A stretch of DNA of 64,000 nt from Balanoglossus misakiensis. Taxonomy: Eukaryota; Animalia; Hemichordata. The notes beneath the pieces are model-generated. The model had not been told where the DNA came from. It saw only the letters and a list, made by a program, of their open reading frames with translations, and did no database searches. The DNA is taken from positions 6,336,202 to 6,400,201 of the forward strand of contig CM082588.2 of NCBI GenBank assembly GCA_040954595.2, in the 5' to 3' direction. Every line of letters begins with the position of its first letter. Positions within the stretch are counted from its first letter, which is position 1. Of the stretch, positions 47,151 through 62,220 are shown piece by piece. The translations under genes were made by a program, and so were the position numbers.

Positions 47151-50100
47151 AACTGTGTAGGACACGGGTTGTTGACACGATCATTCTAGTTTACCAGAAA
47201 GATGGTTTTTCATGAGACAGGATATACCGGAAATTTTTTGTGTCTTGCCCATTTGTCATGTAATGAAAACTTTGATGTGCATCCGAAGATCAGAAAAATC
47301 ACTGAAATATCAAACCACATTTTCGTTATCAACACATAGAGACATCTGTAATCAGTGATATCAGAATAAAGTTCAGAATACCTGTTGCCAGTTCTTAAAT
47401 ATAAAAAAACTTTTATTTCTCATAATTGATCGCACTATATGTTATCTGGGTCCTTAAATTTGATTTATGTTCAATTACTTCAACTTAACCAAAAAACTAG
47501 CCCCTATCTATTTTGCTTTTGAGCATAACGAGTGTATGTATAATGACCATTGTTAACAAATGAATTCAAGTGTGTAATTAATCCAGGATTAATTAATTCA
47601 AGGGGCTGTGTTGATAAGCTAAATTCTTGCCATCTGATCAAACTCAATGAAATTGAGCAAGTTGACTTACAAAGCAACACTGAAAAATATACCAAAATTT
47701 GTAGAGATTGGTGCTTTAATTTGTATGGTTCAATTTTGACCGTTTGATTAATTTTTACCAGGACTTTGTACAGTAGTATGGGATAACCACAGCAGCAAAT
47801 ATTTTTAGAACATGCAAACTAGATTGGAGAGGATAATCAGAGGATTACAGGATTGACGAAACATGAAGTCGTTGATGGGATAGATTTCAATGTGGAATAA
47901 GGTCATAGGTCAAGGGTCAGGTGAAGGGTTAGATATAATTAGAAAGGGAACGTGTTAGTCTAATTAAAAGATTGTATTAAAGCCAATTGTCTGAAGAGGT
48001 ATAAAATCTGAAATTTTCATGTGGTTTACTAGATGTGTGCGTCAAACAATTTTCATTACTGACAAATGGAGTGATAGACATTGTGACCGAAGTACTTGTA
48101 TGTATAACAAAACTACGGTGGTTCCTGGCAGAATCACTTTGAAATATTTCTTGATATGTATATATACTGCAAGAAGGTGCTGTTGAACCGCCAACTTTCT
48201 GGTAAAATAGCATGAAGTGTCAACAAAACATAACTACGACATTGGATTTAGACCATGATTACTTTTAATTATTTTTCCAATTTTATTGGCTGAATACACA
48301 CATTGTCTTTTACAAAATTCTCTGCACCAAAGTATATTCTTTTCAGATGTTTAGCGTTAAGTAATATTGTTTACCATAGAATATGTGTGGTCAACCTTTT
48401 TCAATGTTACAGTTGATATTTCATCTGGCCCATTGCTGGCTTCTTGGTTTTGCTTGTTGATTACAACACCGGCAGAGAACGACGGTACTGCGACTATATA
48501 CATCCATAATGGGTGTTTTGAGAGGTTTTGTCTGAAGGAAAGCTGTAATGCCTGTTGAATGTACAGTGTTAAACCAGATGTACAAATGAGGACATAAGTT
48601 CAAGAGACAGAGAGAGAGATATGTAATTTATTTCAGCCTGATCAGAAATTGAACGATTTTTGTTATAGTGGAGGATCTTTTATTTGACGCATGCCCCTTA
48701 TGTTGCAGAACAGAATCTGCATACACAGGATGTAAGAGTGTTTTACGTTTGAAACCAACTCTGAAGGCAAACTGAATATAACAGGGATAGTGTATAAGCC
48801 TTGTGTGTCATTTAAATCAGGGCTTTCCACATTAAAGTCTGTGTGGTGAATCACCAACACTTCTTAACCACACACGAAAACGCACAAGGAACATAGAAAT
48901 TCTGCAAGGTGCAGATTTCAACTGAACTACCTATCTGCGTATAGTTTCAACGAGTGTACATTTTTTTCTTTGGTAAAAAAAACCTGTCCAGAAGCAAGAC
49001 TTGCCCCATGCTCCTCCTTGAGAGAGATGTATTTTCTTAAAGAACCATTATTTATCCATACTGCCATTTTGATTAATTTATCATTGCAGGAGCCTGTCAC
49101 GTTTCAGTGCACACAAACACTCCTTGCCTGGTGGTTTTTGCCCGAAAGCAGTACTTGTATTTATTTGTTAAGAAAAAAAAACAATTTCACACCCACACAG
49201 GGAGTTCTGGATTTGAACTCCCCGTAATGCAAAGATAAGGACATGGGGACAACATGCAATTTCTGAGAGGAAATCACTTCTGATTTGAAATGCCGTTTTT
49301 TCAGCTCAAGAGGAGAAAGCAAAATTACCTCACCGAAAGAAAGTTTTATTTATTAACAGTTAGGTACAAAACATCCTAGCTGGGATGGAGATCTTTCTCT
49401 GTTTCTCTGAAATATGTCAACATTATGATCTTCAAATTGCCTTATGTAAATTTTATGTAAGTTGCATTGCGGATTGAAAGCCAGGCAAGCATTCCTCGAA
49501 GTACGGACGATGTGAAAGTTCTTTTTTATGAGCAGAACCAAGGAAACACTCAATGGGAATTTCTGTGTTGTCTTCGTGATATACTTACAGATGCTCTTTT
49601 ATTCATTGGTTAATTATTCCTCCAAGTTTAACTAAGGACGAGGATGATGATGACGACGATGATGATGATGATGAGAATAGCCTCATGGTTGTTCATACCC
49701 ACATGGTGTTTAAAACCATGTCTTTTGACAATGCTGTCACAGTGTCAGTCATATTGACGAGTTTCACCTCTTCAAATGACACTATTAAAACTTCTAGTTG
49801 TTGCAAAAAAATGTGTCTCTGTTTTTTTTCTGTTGAGTGAAACTTATACATACAAACTGAACACTTATACATGAAGGTGACCATTTAAGTTGTGTGTTTA
49901 TCATGTCTGGAGACAGAGTGCCAATGTGCCTATAAAAGCCCTGGACCAGTTATTGAAATTTGCACACAAAGACAATGCACCTCATACATGTATGCTGATA
50001 TATTTGCTTTGCAGTGCAATCCAATATGGCCACATGCATGTGTGTATACATACATACAATACATACATACATACATACATTTATGTATTTGTGCTTCAAA

Positions 50101-51091
50101 AAGCACACACCTTGGTATTAATTAAGTGAACAGTTTGGTTGGATGTAATTGGAAAAGTTGTACATCAACACACGACACCAGTCCTTTTCTGTGTAAAGAG
50201 AAACTGCATCAGTCGTTGATGGCGCCCTTCAGTTTAATTGGCGATCAGCTGTAGTTGGTCCCTCGATCACTGGTACAAGATCCGTAACACAGTAAATGGT
50301 GCAGATCGGAAGACAATGTGTGTTCTTCATACATCGGACTTTTGTTCCTGTCCACTTGAAAGACTAAACTGTCATTGGTAAGAGCCGATTCTGTCCGCAT
50401 TCTTGTGCCAACTCCCTGTGACCCCCCGACCAGAGTTTCAGGTCAGCTGTCAGTGAGCCACTCGACGGCTGCTATGACAAGGTTGACCGTGGTTACCAAG
50501 TCTTTGTCGAAGAATCTGTCAGACGTCAGGCAGTGTCTCAATTGAAGCACATATAAACAACTTCATGGCGTGCTTGCAGTGCTAACCGTGGATCTGTATA
50601 GGACTCCAGCTCGAAAACACAGGTATAGATCTAAAAACGTAACACTACCACGGTTGTACATTTCAGCGATTGTTTACCGGTTACATATACGGGGCAGTCG
50701 ACTGTCTGTTGTGTCCGGCGATCAGAGAATTTCGTCACGCTGACGCTCCGATCTAGCACTGTGGATAAAGCAACATGCGCGCCGCAAGCCCTGTGATTGC
50801 ATCCAGAAGGACATATGTTTTCAGATTGCAGTCACGAGCCATTAGCTCATTGGTTGATCCGGGGGTTGTGTACATTTCCATGGTTACATGTACATAGTTG
50901 CAGTAACCGTGGTTACGTATACATGCTCGTATCTTGTTAGTTCGTATGTTTCGTAACTTCGCCCTTCCTTTGTTTAGTGCATTGCATCGGACGAGTGCGT
51001 GTTAATTACATCGCAACTTCTCAATTGTGTGTGTTATCAGTGACTGACAGTATACATGTACTTTCTTTCAAGGAATTGAAATAACTGACAA

Positions 51092-51186
51092 AACCACCAA
51101 AACCACTAACACCACCACCCACGCCGCCACCACCAACAAAACCACCATCACCACCACCACCACCACCACCACCACCAAAACCACCA
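51092..51186. repeat. (CCA)n-rich tract
   Basis: Imperfect acc/cca run. Confidence 0.8.
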
Positions 51187-51418
51187 GTTTTTGATCAGTT
51201 GATACATACCATCTACAGCTGTGTTGAAATCACAGGGTGCCTGATTGAGTTCAACAGGTGGTTTGTATACATGTGCAATGTACAGTACCAAGTGTTGAGA
51301 GCAGGTTATAATCATTCGATTTCATTTTCATTTCTTTAGTGCAAAGAAAGACCAAGTGACTGGTGCAGAGGTATGACACAGAAAAACAATGGCATGATTT
51401 GAATACTCATATTCAGAA

Positions 51419-54400
51419 ATGATTAAAGACAGCAAAAGAAAGAAGAAGGTGTCGAAAGTCCAGAAAACCCCATCACGTGCCGAGGCAATGAGCATGGTGA
51501 GTTTATTGTCCAGTAAGTGACAATAATATTGTTTGGAGACTCAGAATAAAAGGACAAAAAATAACTGAGTTCATGGCAGGTTAACCTTTTTTACTGTGTA
51601 TTGATTCTGCTGGAATTCAACTCAAGGACTTCAAAGAGTCCAGGAGCCAGTACAAATACAGGTTATATGCAGGCCAAACTCCTGATTATTTCTTGCTGAA
51701 TTATAAATCAAATGATACGTGTACAGTGTATATGTGCTTACTTCTAAAAATTGATTTTTTGTGGACTTTAATCCAAATGGTGAAAAACAGACCTCTCCAA
51801 AAACCATGTCAAGTGTTGAGAAACTGGTTTACATAATTCCAGGTTATAAAGCATACCGTAATTACCAACATTGCATTCTATTTTTGACTGGTTTTTCGCA
51901 GCCTAGTATTTGGTCTGGCTTTTCTTGTTTCTGCCAATACATTGTTAATTTTTATGCAATGTTCATTGTAATTTTGTCTACCGTTGTCTTTTCAGTCTGT
52001 CATCAATGAGAGATTGTTGGCTGCGGCTAGTGAAGGCAAAGTCAATGATGTTTCCAGACTCATCAAGAGTGGGAGATGTTCAATTAATTACGTCAGTGAC
52101 AATGTAAGAAACAGCTCTCTCTTTAAAATTCCTGCTCAACCTTGAAAGTAATTCCGTCTCTTGTAAATTTTAATTATCTACAGACATTTCTTCAGCTTTT
52201 TAACATTTGCTCATAAATTTTCAAAAAAATTGTGAATCTTTTTAAGATTTTGTCATAACTGATTCTCAAAATTCAAAATGAATTTTCATTCTGTTGACTG
52301 CACCAATTAAAATTCATTTACAACTGAAACATTATATTCAACGTTTTGTGAAAACTTTCTTCATTACGTAATTCATGTTTGCATTTTTATTCTCTCGTCA
52401 AGGGTTTGTCCACACCTCTACTCAAAGCAGCTGCCAATGGCCATACATCGGTGGTGAAGATATTACTTGACTGCGGTGCTAATCCAAATCTCAAAGACAA
52501 GGTAAAGTCTTTCTGCAAGACATTCATTGCTGATCAGTGGTGTATTTCTATTCTAATAGTGACCAGTCTTTGTGAGTAAGTGGTGGGGTAAACTCTTACT
52601 ACAAGTAGGAGCTGGACTTGACGTTTAGTATACATAGAGGAGCTATCTGCAGGACAATTCACCCATCAAACTTAAAACATTGAAAGAGAAAGAATCTACA
52701 CACATGACTGCACAACACATGTTTCTGTCTGTTGATTTCCATGCTCTAAAGTCAGTCAGGTCAGTGCTGAGGTCTGTTTGCTCCAACTATTACGATATTG
52801 ATCTACGTCTCTTAGAAATAATTAATGATGTTTTCATTTGTTTAACAATGGAAAGTGGACTTTGCCCAATAGGTGTGAATTCAGTGCACTAACACACTTC
52901 AAATTACAGACGTGTATTGATTTTACATCCCGACTGCTTAATTTAATATCGCTGATGTAATGAAACTCGCCTAGCTGCGCTGTCAATGGACATGCAACAG
53001 TGAGCAAAAGTTTTATGCAAAACATGAGATTTTGATATCTGGTAATCATAATCACAGGTTCTCATGAAATTGCTTGTTTTAGAAGTTCTAGGCTGTTGTG
53101 GTGTACTGTTAGTTTCATTCATATTGGCAAAATCTGACATACTGAAATGATACACAACCCGAGCCAAATGGATACAATTAACTTCTGATGCATGGGGTAG
53201 TGTATTGATTCTGTGATTGGTTACTTTGCCCCCAAGAAATGTGAAACAGCCCCTGTGTGTGTAAATGTTACGGTAGCCTTGTTGTCAAAACGTTCTCATT
53301 TCTAAAGTTCAAAAAGGGAACTGGTGTAGTTTTATTTTTACTGGAAACTGTAAACTGCTCTGAAACCTTATACAAACCACCAAGGGTTCTGCTTGAGAGC
53401 TATGTAAGGGTTCAGTGTGTATATTGCCTAGTAGCCATTTAAGAAACTGCGGTAGGCTTGATGTTGGTAAGTCCTGAACCTAATTTTGATCCGTGTTTCA
53501 AGTTCTGTGTTCTGTGTTTCAAGTGTGACGGTGGTGAATACATGTGTATCAGTTCATGGTTCTACTTGGGAGACTTGTACTGAACCAGGTGCAGCTTGGC
53601 ATCGAATCACAGTAACTCAATACAGCGCGAAAAACATAGTATATGTAGATAAAAATTAGAAATTCAACTCAACGTCACAGCTAAGTGGATAGTAGACCAT
53701 GTTAAACACTTTAACATTGCTCAATGCATAGAGATACCATCCTAGCAATGGTATGCCTGTTTGTATCTGTACGGTGAACACGCATTAATTTACTTGTTGA
53801 TATTATCACTAGCAGGTATTGTGATAGCCTTGTGTTACTATGGCAACAGACAGGACACTGGTCTCCAGTTTGTAAATACTGATAGTCACATGTTATCTAA
53901 ATTTGAGTGTATACCTTGGTCAGGAAACTTTGACAGGTTGGCTGGCCTGATATTATAATGCCTGTTTAACGGATGCATTTGTATTTTGGGGAATGTATAA
54001 AGCATTTACGCATTGAAAAGCACTGGATCAGTTGTGGGACCAAATAAAATACTCCGGGCACAATGCTGTATTGTTAAAGGTTCTTTGTGTAGCCATTGTG
54101 TCGTGAAATCACTGTGGGTCCGGCAGGCATAGTTGTATTGCCAAGCATCCATCGGGTAGTAGGCTGACCGGCGGTGTGTACATTGTACTTGTGGTTTATT
54201 GTAGTGTGTGTGTCTTACATGTATCAGATGTCATCGTCAGTTGTCAAGATCAACACGACACGTACATCACCACGGGCAACTGTTCCGGTCGAACACAAAA
54301 CGGTTTCTCAGTGCCTACTATGTTCATCACGTCTGTCATCGAGATCACGGTTTACTGGTACCATTGCTAACAATAGCTGTGTTTGTCGCAAGGATCAGTT

Positions 54401-57400
54401 CTATGTAATCAGACTTGTCAGTTATTCACACCTTAATTACACACAGGGACACAAGTGGTTCTTTCCAATTGAAAAGCCTGTAATCACTAGATATTCAAAG
54501 GTGCATTGTATTGGTCTATGAATGTGAGAATAAGACAAGCACGCTACCTGTGTTTAACTGTTTTCCACATATCAAATCAGACAAAAGAATTAATACTCTT
54601 TAATTCAATTGCTCTGGAGAGAATGCTCGATTAAAATTTCAGTTTCTTTGTATCGATCTACACACTATGGTATATCTGCATGTGAGCTTGGACTAGAGAC
54701 ATTTTTAACATCAGAAAATGCTCGTTTATGAGAAAGTTCTAGTAACAAGGCCAAATCAAAGAGGCTTTACTGTAATTAGATTAAACAGAAGAATATTGTT
54801 TAGGTGGATTAATCACTTCTACTGTCTCAAGTGTCAATGGGAGTCAAACACAATGACATTGTAAAATGTGAATGAGACAAAACCACTCATCGGAACAATA
54901 GATTGTCAATAGAACTTAAGTACAGGCATGGTACATTGTACCATGGTCGCTCAGAGCATGGACGTACATGTTCTATAGTCTGGTACGATCATGGTCAGAG
55001 TAACTGTGATTGTACAAACATAGACATTTAATTAAGATGTTTAAGACTTAATAAAATTCCCTGATCAGTATGTCTATAGTTTGACATGAGAGTAAAAACA
55101 CTGTCCAAACACCAAAAAGTTGTATGACTGATTATATTCGTATGTTTATCTTGTTCTCTTCACAGTCAAGTTTTAGTCCGTTACATTTGGCTTGTCAGAA
55201 TGGCCACTCATCAATTGCAACTATGTTGTTAGATTTACATGCTGATATCAATGCAAGGGACAAGGTGAGTTGATTGTATTTTATCCACAGTATAAATTGA
55301 CCTCGCATTCTCGCATGCAGGGATACAGAACTTAGGTGGCAGTTGGCAAAAACAAACAGATGAGAATGAAAAGAAGTGTCAAGTGTAAACTTAAGTTCAG
55401 TGGAAAAAATCAAGGGGGCTTCTCTGTACCTGTTTGATAACAAACTTGACAAAATGCTAGTAGGTTTTAGGATTTGATCATCACAGAAATTATGAATGTT
55501 CAATTCTGTTCTGTATTCGCAGTACGGGAGGACAGCCCTGCATTTGGCAGCCATCAATGGCCGACGGTCCTCAACAGAAGTTCTTGTGAAGAGGGATGTA
55601 GGGATTAATCTGCTACCTGTGGAGGTAAGTTGGGCATGTACATCTGAAATCACATGAGGATTTTATGACCCCCTAATGAAGTGAAATCTCTATCAAAATC
55701 TAGATCTGTAAAGATGCTACAAAACAGGTGACTATTTCCTGTTATGAAACCTCAATGATGAGAATCTGCAGTTAGGATATACCAACATTGTTTTGGTACT
55801 TTGCTTTGCAGTATAGAAATTATGTATCATATATCAAAAATGAGTAATGTAACTGAGTAAAACATCTATTTGAATAGAAAATGATTCACTGATTTGTTGC
55901 AGATATTTGTAGATTGTGATAAAAATTACTGATGTATTCTAGGTCATGGGAAGGAGAAGTGGTTCGGTTTACCAGAATCCATGGAAAGGTCTCACTGCTC
56001 TACACTGTGCGTGCGATTGGGGCCACACCGGTGTGGTTGAGATCATGTTGAACACTAAAATATCCATTGATGTCAGAGACTCTGAGGTGAGTGAACGGGT
56101 TTACTGATTGGTCACTTCACCAGGTGGCCGAGATGATAATATTCGTGTACCATCTTGTGATCTTGCTGATGCTCATATGGTTATAATAGAGAATGACAAA
56201 AATGAAAAACAAGTGTATGATTAGTAATATACAAACATTTACTAAGTCTCTCAAAACCTTAGATGGAACACTTCTTCAAAGTTGATACTGGAAAACACCA
56301 TTTATCACCAAGTCATAATGGCAATCGATGTAACAATTCTCTCAAAATTTATATGATTTCTGCCATGTTTGTCTGCCAATAGTTTGGAAGAACGCCGCTC
56401 CACTTGGCTGCGGTCAAAGGTCACACAGCTGTGGTCAATCTCCTGATCGGTGCCGGGGCAGACATCGAGGCTGAAGCCGACATGATTGTGGGAATGATCT
56501 GGGGATCTCTGGTGCAGTCTCCGTGGCCGCAATGTACAGCCCTGCAGTGCGCCACCTATTGGGGACACAGGGATGTGGTCAAAGCGTTGGTGAAGGCTGG
56601 GGCCAACCTAGATGCTATAGACTCTGAGGTAAAGTTAATTCCAAACTGGCCTGCTGTAGCTTCAACCCTTTCACCATCAAGGGTTTGGTCCAAACCTAAT
56701 GGTTCCTTTGGTAGAGTGGACCTCTATTCAGGGAACTGGGGTAAGAGGTTTAAGGGACAGAGTCTGCTTACAGAAACATGCCCAGTCATTTGGAACTACT
56801 TTCTTTGCCGCGGCAATTACAAATGTCATACATTTTTGCACATGTAATCCTAAAGTTTGATGTGTTTGACTTTTCCAGTATGGTGGAACAGCCCTTCACC
56901 TGGCCTGCATCAGAGGTCACGTCGGTGTGGTCAAAGCACTCTTGCAGGGCAAGGTCAATGTCAATGCCAAAGCAAATGTGGTGAGTCACTGTCAACACTA
57001 AATGGAACTCTTTTCCTTTCCTTCGAAAAAGTAGTCCCCCTATAAATTCAGTGTAAGATAACACATCTTACGTCTTGTATACATGAATTATACGAGCATC
57101 ATTTCACCGTAGAAATATGTTAATGACTGTCTTGTTTGATGGTATTTCATTGCAGAAAGTTGACAAATTGTGCGGGTCGATATTCAATATCGTTTGGAAA
57201 GACTGTACACCACTACACTGTGCAACATTCTGTGGACACAAGACAATTGTTGGGTTGCTGCTGGAACATGGTGCTTATGTGTACAACATAGACTCTGAGG
57301 TAGGTGGTAGCACAGACCCAGTGTGGGTATTATTAAACCACAGCTTCGATCACACTGACAACGCCCTCATAGTCCACGTACACAAAAAAATGAACAAGTA

Positions 57401-58223
57401 ATCTGTAGGATATGTGCCGGCAATACCATGGACAAGTGAAGTTGGGCTGCTATATAGGGAAATAATATGAAAGGGTCAATCTTAATCATGTGTGCTAGAC
57501 TGACATACGTCACTGTGGTTTCCTTGTATCCAATTGCTGCAGTGATTACTGATTACCATTTGCAGATGTTGATGCATTATATGTTTATTTCACTCACAGG
57601 GCAAGACTGCTTATGACATAGCAATCGATAGAAAGAACCAAGTATTGGCAGATCTCATCCTCATCAAGTGCAAGGTAAAAGACATTTTATTTCCAGTCGT
57701 TGTTCTGCTTCTAGTAGAGAAAGTTTACTTAGATAATGCAAGTTGTTGTTTTTCTCTTTTTAGGACTTTTTGACGAAAGTGCAGTTTGTGAAATACTCGG
57801 AAAGAGTCGGATCGGGAACACGATGGAAAAGACTCGCTGTGGCGCTCTTCTTTCCGGATGATGACATCGACCAGATTGAACAGATGTACAAACAGGTGGA
57901 AGCGGAAGAGAGAAGCAAGAAATGCTGCATGCATGTACTGACGTGTTGGTTGGACGATCAAGCTGCCTGGCCTGATTTGCAGGAAGTCGACGAAGCCATG
58001 CAGAGAGTGGACAGGATTGGCAAAGGCTCGGGTAAGTTGAATCTCTTTGATAATCCTGGTAACCCGTAAGCGTTTCTCTGTTTTTTTGGCATGATGACGA
58101 TGACAATGGATAAATAAAAACCTTCCTGACATTGCCATTTTTTTTGCAGATCTTCACTTCAGTGCTGATGTTTCATCAGACTCCAGCGGAGCCAGGAGAC
58201 ACTCCAAATATGGAAAACACTGA
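51419..58223 (+). CDS. Ankyrin-repeat and C-terminal death-domain protein (ANKDD1-like architecture), ~512 aa
   Basis: Exons 51419-51496, 51996-52103, 52403-52501, 55166-55264, 55523-55624, 55943-56086, 56383-56628, 56879-56980, 57156-57299, 57600-57674, 57764-58031, 58150-58223 (1539 nt). About 10 ankyrin repeats (TPLLKAA, SPLHLAC, GRTALHLAA, GRTPLHLAA), followed by a death-fold-like WKRLAVAL...IDQIE...VLTCW...AMQRVDR. The start codon is inferred from an in-frame upstream TGA. Confidence 0.85.
56662..56753. mobile_element. Copy of the ~85 bp piggyBac-like MITE family
   Basis: aaccctttcaccatcaagggtttggtcc...ggacctctattcagggaactgggg is the reverse-complement relative of 19782-19866. Confidence 0.65.
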
Positions 58224-59318
58224 GTAAAATACACAGTTAGTATTTCAGCGTAGCAACCGCATGGTGCCTTCAACTCACTCATGGAATTTCAGTTGGTACA
58301 AGTTATTCACACTACGCACCCCTCCATGTGATACCACACTATGTGTGGTGGATAGACTGAGTTCACATACAGAAACACCATCAAACATTAACAGTCACAA
58401 TGCTACATCTCATCTAAAGACTCGTTTTGTATTGAATATAATATAAAATGCCTAATTTTGATAATTAGGACACCTACCAGTTGGTGATGTGTATAACATT
58501 TTGATCTTCCAATGACTATGCCATTTAAGCTTTGCCAAGTCAATTTTTTGTGGACTATGAGTTGTAACACGATTATACTATAGGTTTTGTCAGATTTTTA
58601 TCAGTACATTGAAAATGTCAGTGGAGTCGCTACATTTATAACAATATTTTGAAAAGAAGAAAGTGAAATTTTCTTACGCAGTTAAGGGCACAGGCTACAA
58701 TATCTGGTGGCCGTTTTGAATTGTAATTGTTGTATTTTTGAGTTTAATCCAGATCTTTACATGGTAAACTCAGTTGATTCTCCACCCATAGTAATTTATA
58801 CAAAGAAAATGCCAGATGTTTTTTATGAATTTATAGTAAAACATAATTCAGTTCAGTATCTTGTTTAAATTGTTTTTATGCATGTACTGTATATATCGAA
58901 AACTCCAGAAATTATATTTGATTTGTATCTGAACTTTTGTATTGTTAATAAAATAAAAGTCCAGTTTAATATTTGTATGTATGAATGTCTTCAATGTACA
59001 TGTATAACAGTGATAAGATACACAATTATTGGGAATCAAGTTTTTTCTAAATAAATCTACTCTTTTTGGTGATCAGATATGGCAGCATAATTGAGAGAGA
59101 TAATGTCAGAGTTCAATGCTATTGAGGATCCAATATGGATGCAGTAATGTGTCCCTCTCCATAACCAGATGCAACCAAGCATTGTAAATTCAGCAGACGA
59201 AAGTGCTCTTAGCTTGCATGTTGGATCTGGGAAACCATAGTTACATGTAATCTGAGCAAGACCAGAAGTAGTTGGGTAAAACCAGTCGCCTAGCCAACAG
59301 CTCTTTACGTCCAAATCA

Positions 59319-62142
59319 CTAAGTTAAAAATTCTTCAACTAATTTGTTGAATTTCTCTGGGAAGCGAAGGTGTAGATTGTGTTTGCCATCTGCCCAATTC
59401 ACCAATCTGTAAACAAACACAAGTTACCAGTTCACGTCCAGTAATTAACAGTACATAACTCATGTTTTTCTATTGAAATATATGTTTTCTATTGACTTTG
59501 AAATTGGCCATGTACATGTAATGTCGTGGGTTACTGTATGGCCAAGAGAAATCTAATTTATGGAAATGAAATAATCTTTCTTATTGATGAATATAGTTTT
59601 GAGAAAAGTGAAATATTTTCAACATTTTGAAATAAAAACTGTACAATTTATCATATCAAACATGTATTTCTTACTTACTTAGACCCTTTAATATTAGCAA
59701 GAAGGAAGTCTGGATGATACTGGGGAACTAGGGTATCTCTCTGGCCATGTATGATGAGAGTTGGACTTAGAATTTTGTGAAGTCCACCTTTACATATGTC
59801 ACCATCATATTCTGTAAAATATACTGAATATGCATCTAATAGACCATCCCAGAGTCTCTGTAAGTATTCGTCTCCATACTGAGCGACCATAGGTGCTCGC
59901 ATAGCTTCACTCCAAGTGGCGATATCTCGGATTTCTAGAATTATACAAATATAATTTATCATGTACCACAAGTGAAGGTGGTCAAAGTACTTTGTATTAT
60001 TCATAACTTGTGATTGGCTGGTACGTCTAGATTAAAACGACATTTAACAGGACGATTTGTACCTTGTGGCATATATGCCACACGGAACAAATTAATTGGC
60101 CGAATACCCACAAAAATACGACGAGACATAGCATGGCATCAGTTTGAAATGAAAAGGAAGATTCCAGTTGGTTCATATGTTCAGTTCAGTTGAGGAATTC
60201 TAATGATCAAACACCAGGCTTCATAATAATGCCAAACTTATAAACCCAGGTGGTTCTCACCATCAAACAAACGGATGTCCTCTTTAGTACAATAGGCACT
60301 TGCTCCCCACACAACCATTCTCTTGATTAATGATGGGTGGTTTGCTGCCATTATCAATGCTGTTATACCCCCATCACTCCATCCAAGCAGGGAGTATTTG
60401 TTGAAACCGAGTGCCTGATAAAATAAGGAATTTTACAGACAATGTGAACTTCTTAGTGTTTGAACCAATTCTAATATCACTGTTTGTTCTGCCTAAACAA
60501 GACAATAAACCATCACTCAATTAAACGCACATTTACATATATCTCACTTTCATAAGCTCTGCTGCGTCATCGGCATCTCTATGGAGATATTTCTTAGGAA
60601 AGACTCTCTCAGGAGGCCAGGACTTGCCATAACCTTGTGGATCCCACGCTATAGTAGTGAACTTTTCACGGTTAAGCCCCTTCAATTGAGGACTGAAATC
60701 AGTCTTTCCACTGCCTGCATGGACAAATCACCGCGACAGACATACATTATAATGTTCAAAAGTAGCATTGTTGCTACACACGTTATGTCCGTACAAAGAG
60801 AAATAATATGCTTTTGTAAAATTGTCTGTCTCTGTTTCGAATCTCACTACAAGGGTTTGGATATTAAACAATGCCATAGCTACATCATCAGTGTATTTTC
60901 GTTGAGACCTGAAACTTGTGAAAGCCGGCAGAAAAGCTGTATTTTTCATAGGTGATATGTAAATAAACGTTCGTGCATTATTACGATTAATACTACATGT
61001 AATAAAAATACAATCATGCATAACACGTATCACCAGTTTTCTTCAGCCCATTTTTAATACGGAACTAAGCAAACTACCCACGTGGCTATCAATCATTTTC
61101 AGGGGGGAGAGGAAGTTTCACGGCATTTTATGCAATTAAGTAACAAGTGGGACTACTTTCTGCTTTTACTCATGAACGCCAAGAACCGTAGAGCTACGGT
61201 ATGATCGGCGAAACAGGAAGAGTAGTTAATATTTATTCATGTCACTACCCTTCCCAACTATCATCAGAACAACAACACGTTTAGTTGTCGGTATGCTTTG
61301 AGAACCCCAAAATATACAAAATCTTCTCGCTGTCGCCAGTGTACTCGAGCCTGGACCCGAGCTGAAGCAAGTGATGGACTGACCTAACATGACCTCAATT
61401 TGCATATCAAAGGGTACGTGACTTGGCCAATGAACGAGCGTTTCCGGTTGCCTCATCACTGCTGCATCACTCCACTGAAAATCGAAACGCCAGATCGAAA
61501 CTACAATGTTTGGAACACATGCAATAATATAACACCATGGGCCCCTGTGCATGTTCTGCGCCGTCAGCTAGCGGAAGTTATTTTTACTCGTGATGCGGGG
61601 TATTCTACTATTTTAGTTATATAGAAGACCTGGAGGCCTATAATTGTTGTCCGTATGTGCATTCTCCTTTTATATGGACGTACGATGTCATGATATTAAA
61701 AATAGCTTTCTATGCTCGGGGTAAAAAAAGAAATGATGGAAGGACAGTTTTTGTCTGGTTTACAAATGTATATCTGCTCGACATAATTTGGAAGACAGGT
61801 ATACATTCATGTATATAGGAAATGTTTCCGTATATACATAGCTACATCACGTATAAATCGATATAAATGATAACAACCCCGAGCAACAAATTGAAATCTT
61901 AGTCAATGCTGATATCTCGTGAAAAAATTATCAAGAAGTCTTACATTCCGAAAACTTCAGAAGGCTGAAAAACTACACGATGCTGTTCGTCTCTGGAAGT
62001 ACTTCCTTCTATTATCTGTTTACTTTCCTTCGAATAAGGAAAGTAGAACAAGCCACTAACAAAGTTAATTCGGTTACTGATTATAGAAATGCAGTTTTCT
62101 CATGCAGCAAAACCACCACCACCACCACCACCACCACCACCG

Positions 62143-62220
<78 letters not shown>

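Noticed and set aside
47151-50150. Short ORFs downstream of macoilin
   Set aside because: The region is AT-rich with no coherent exon structure; it is most likely a long 3' UTR or intergenic sequence.
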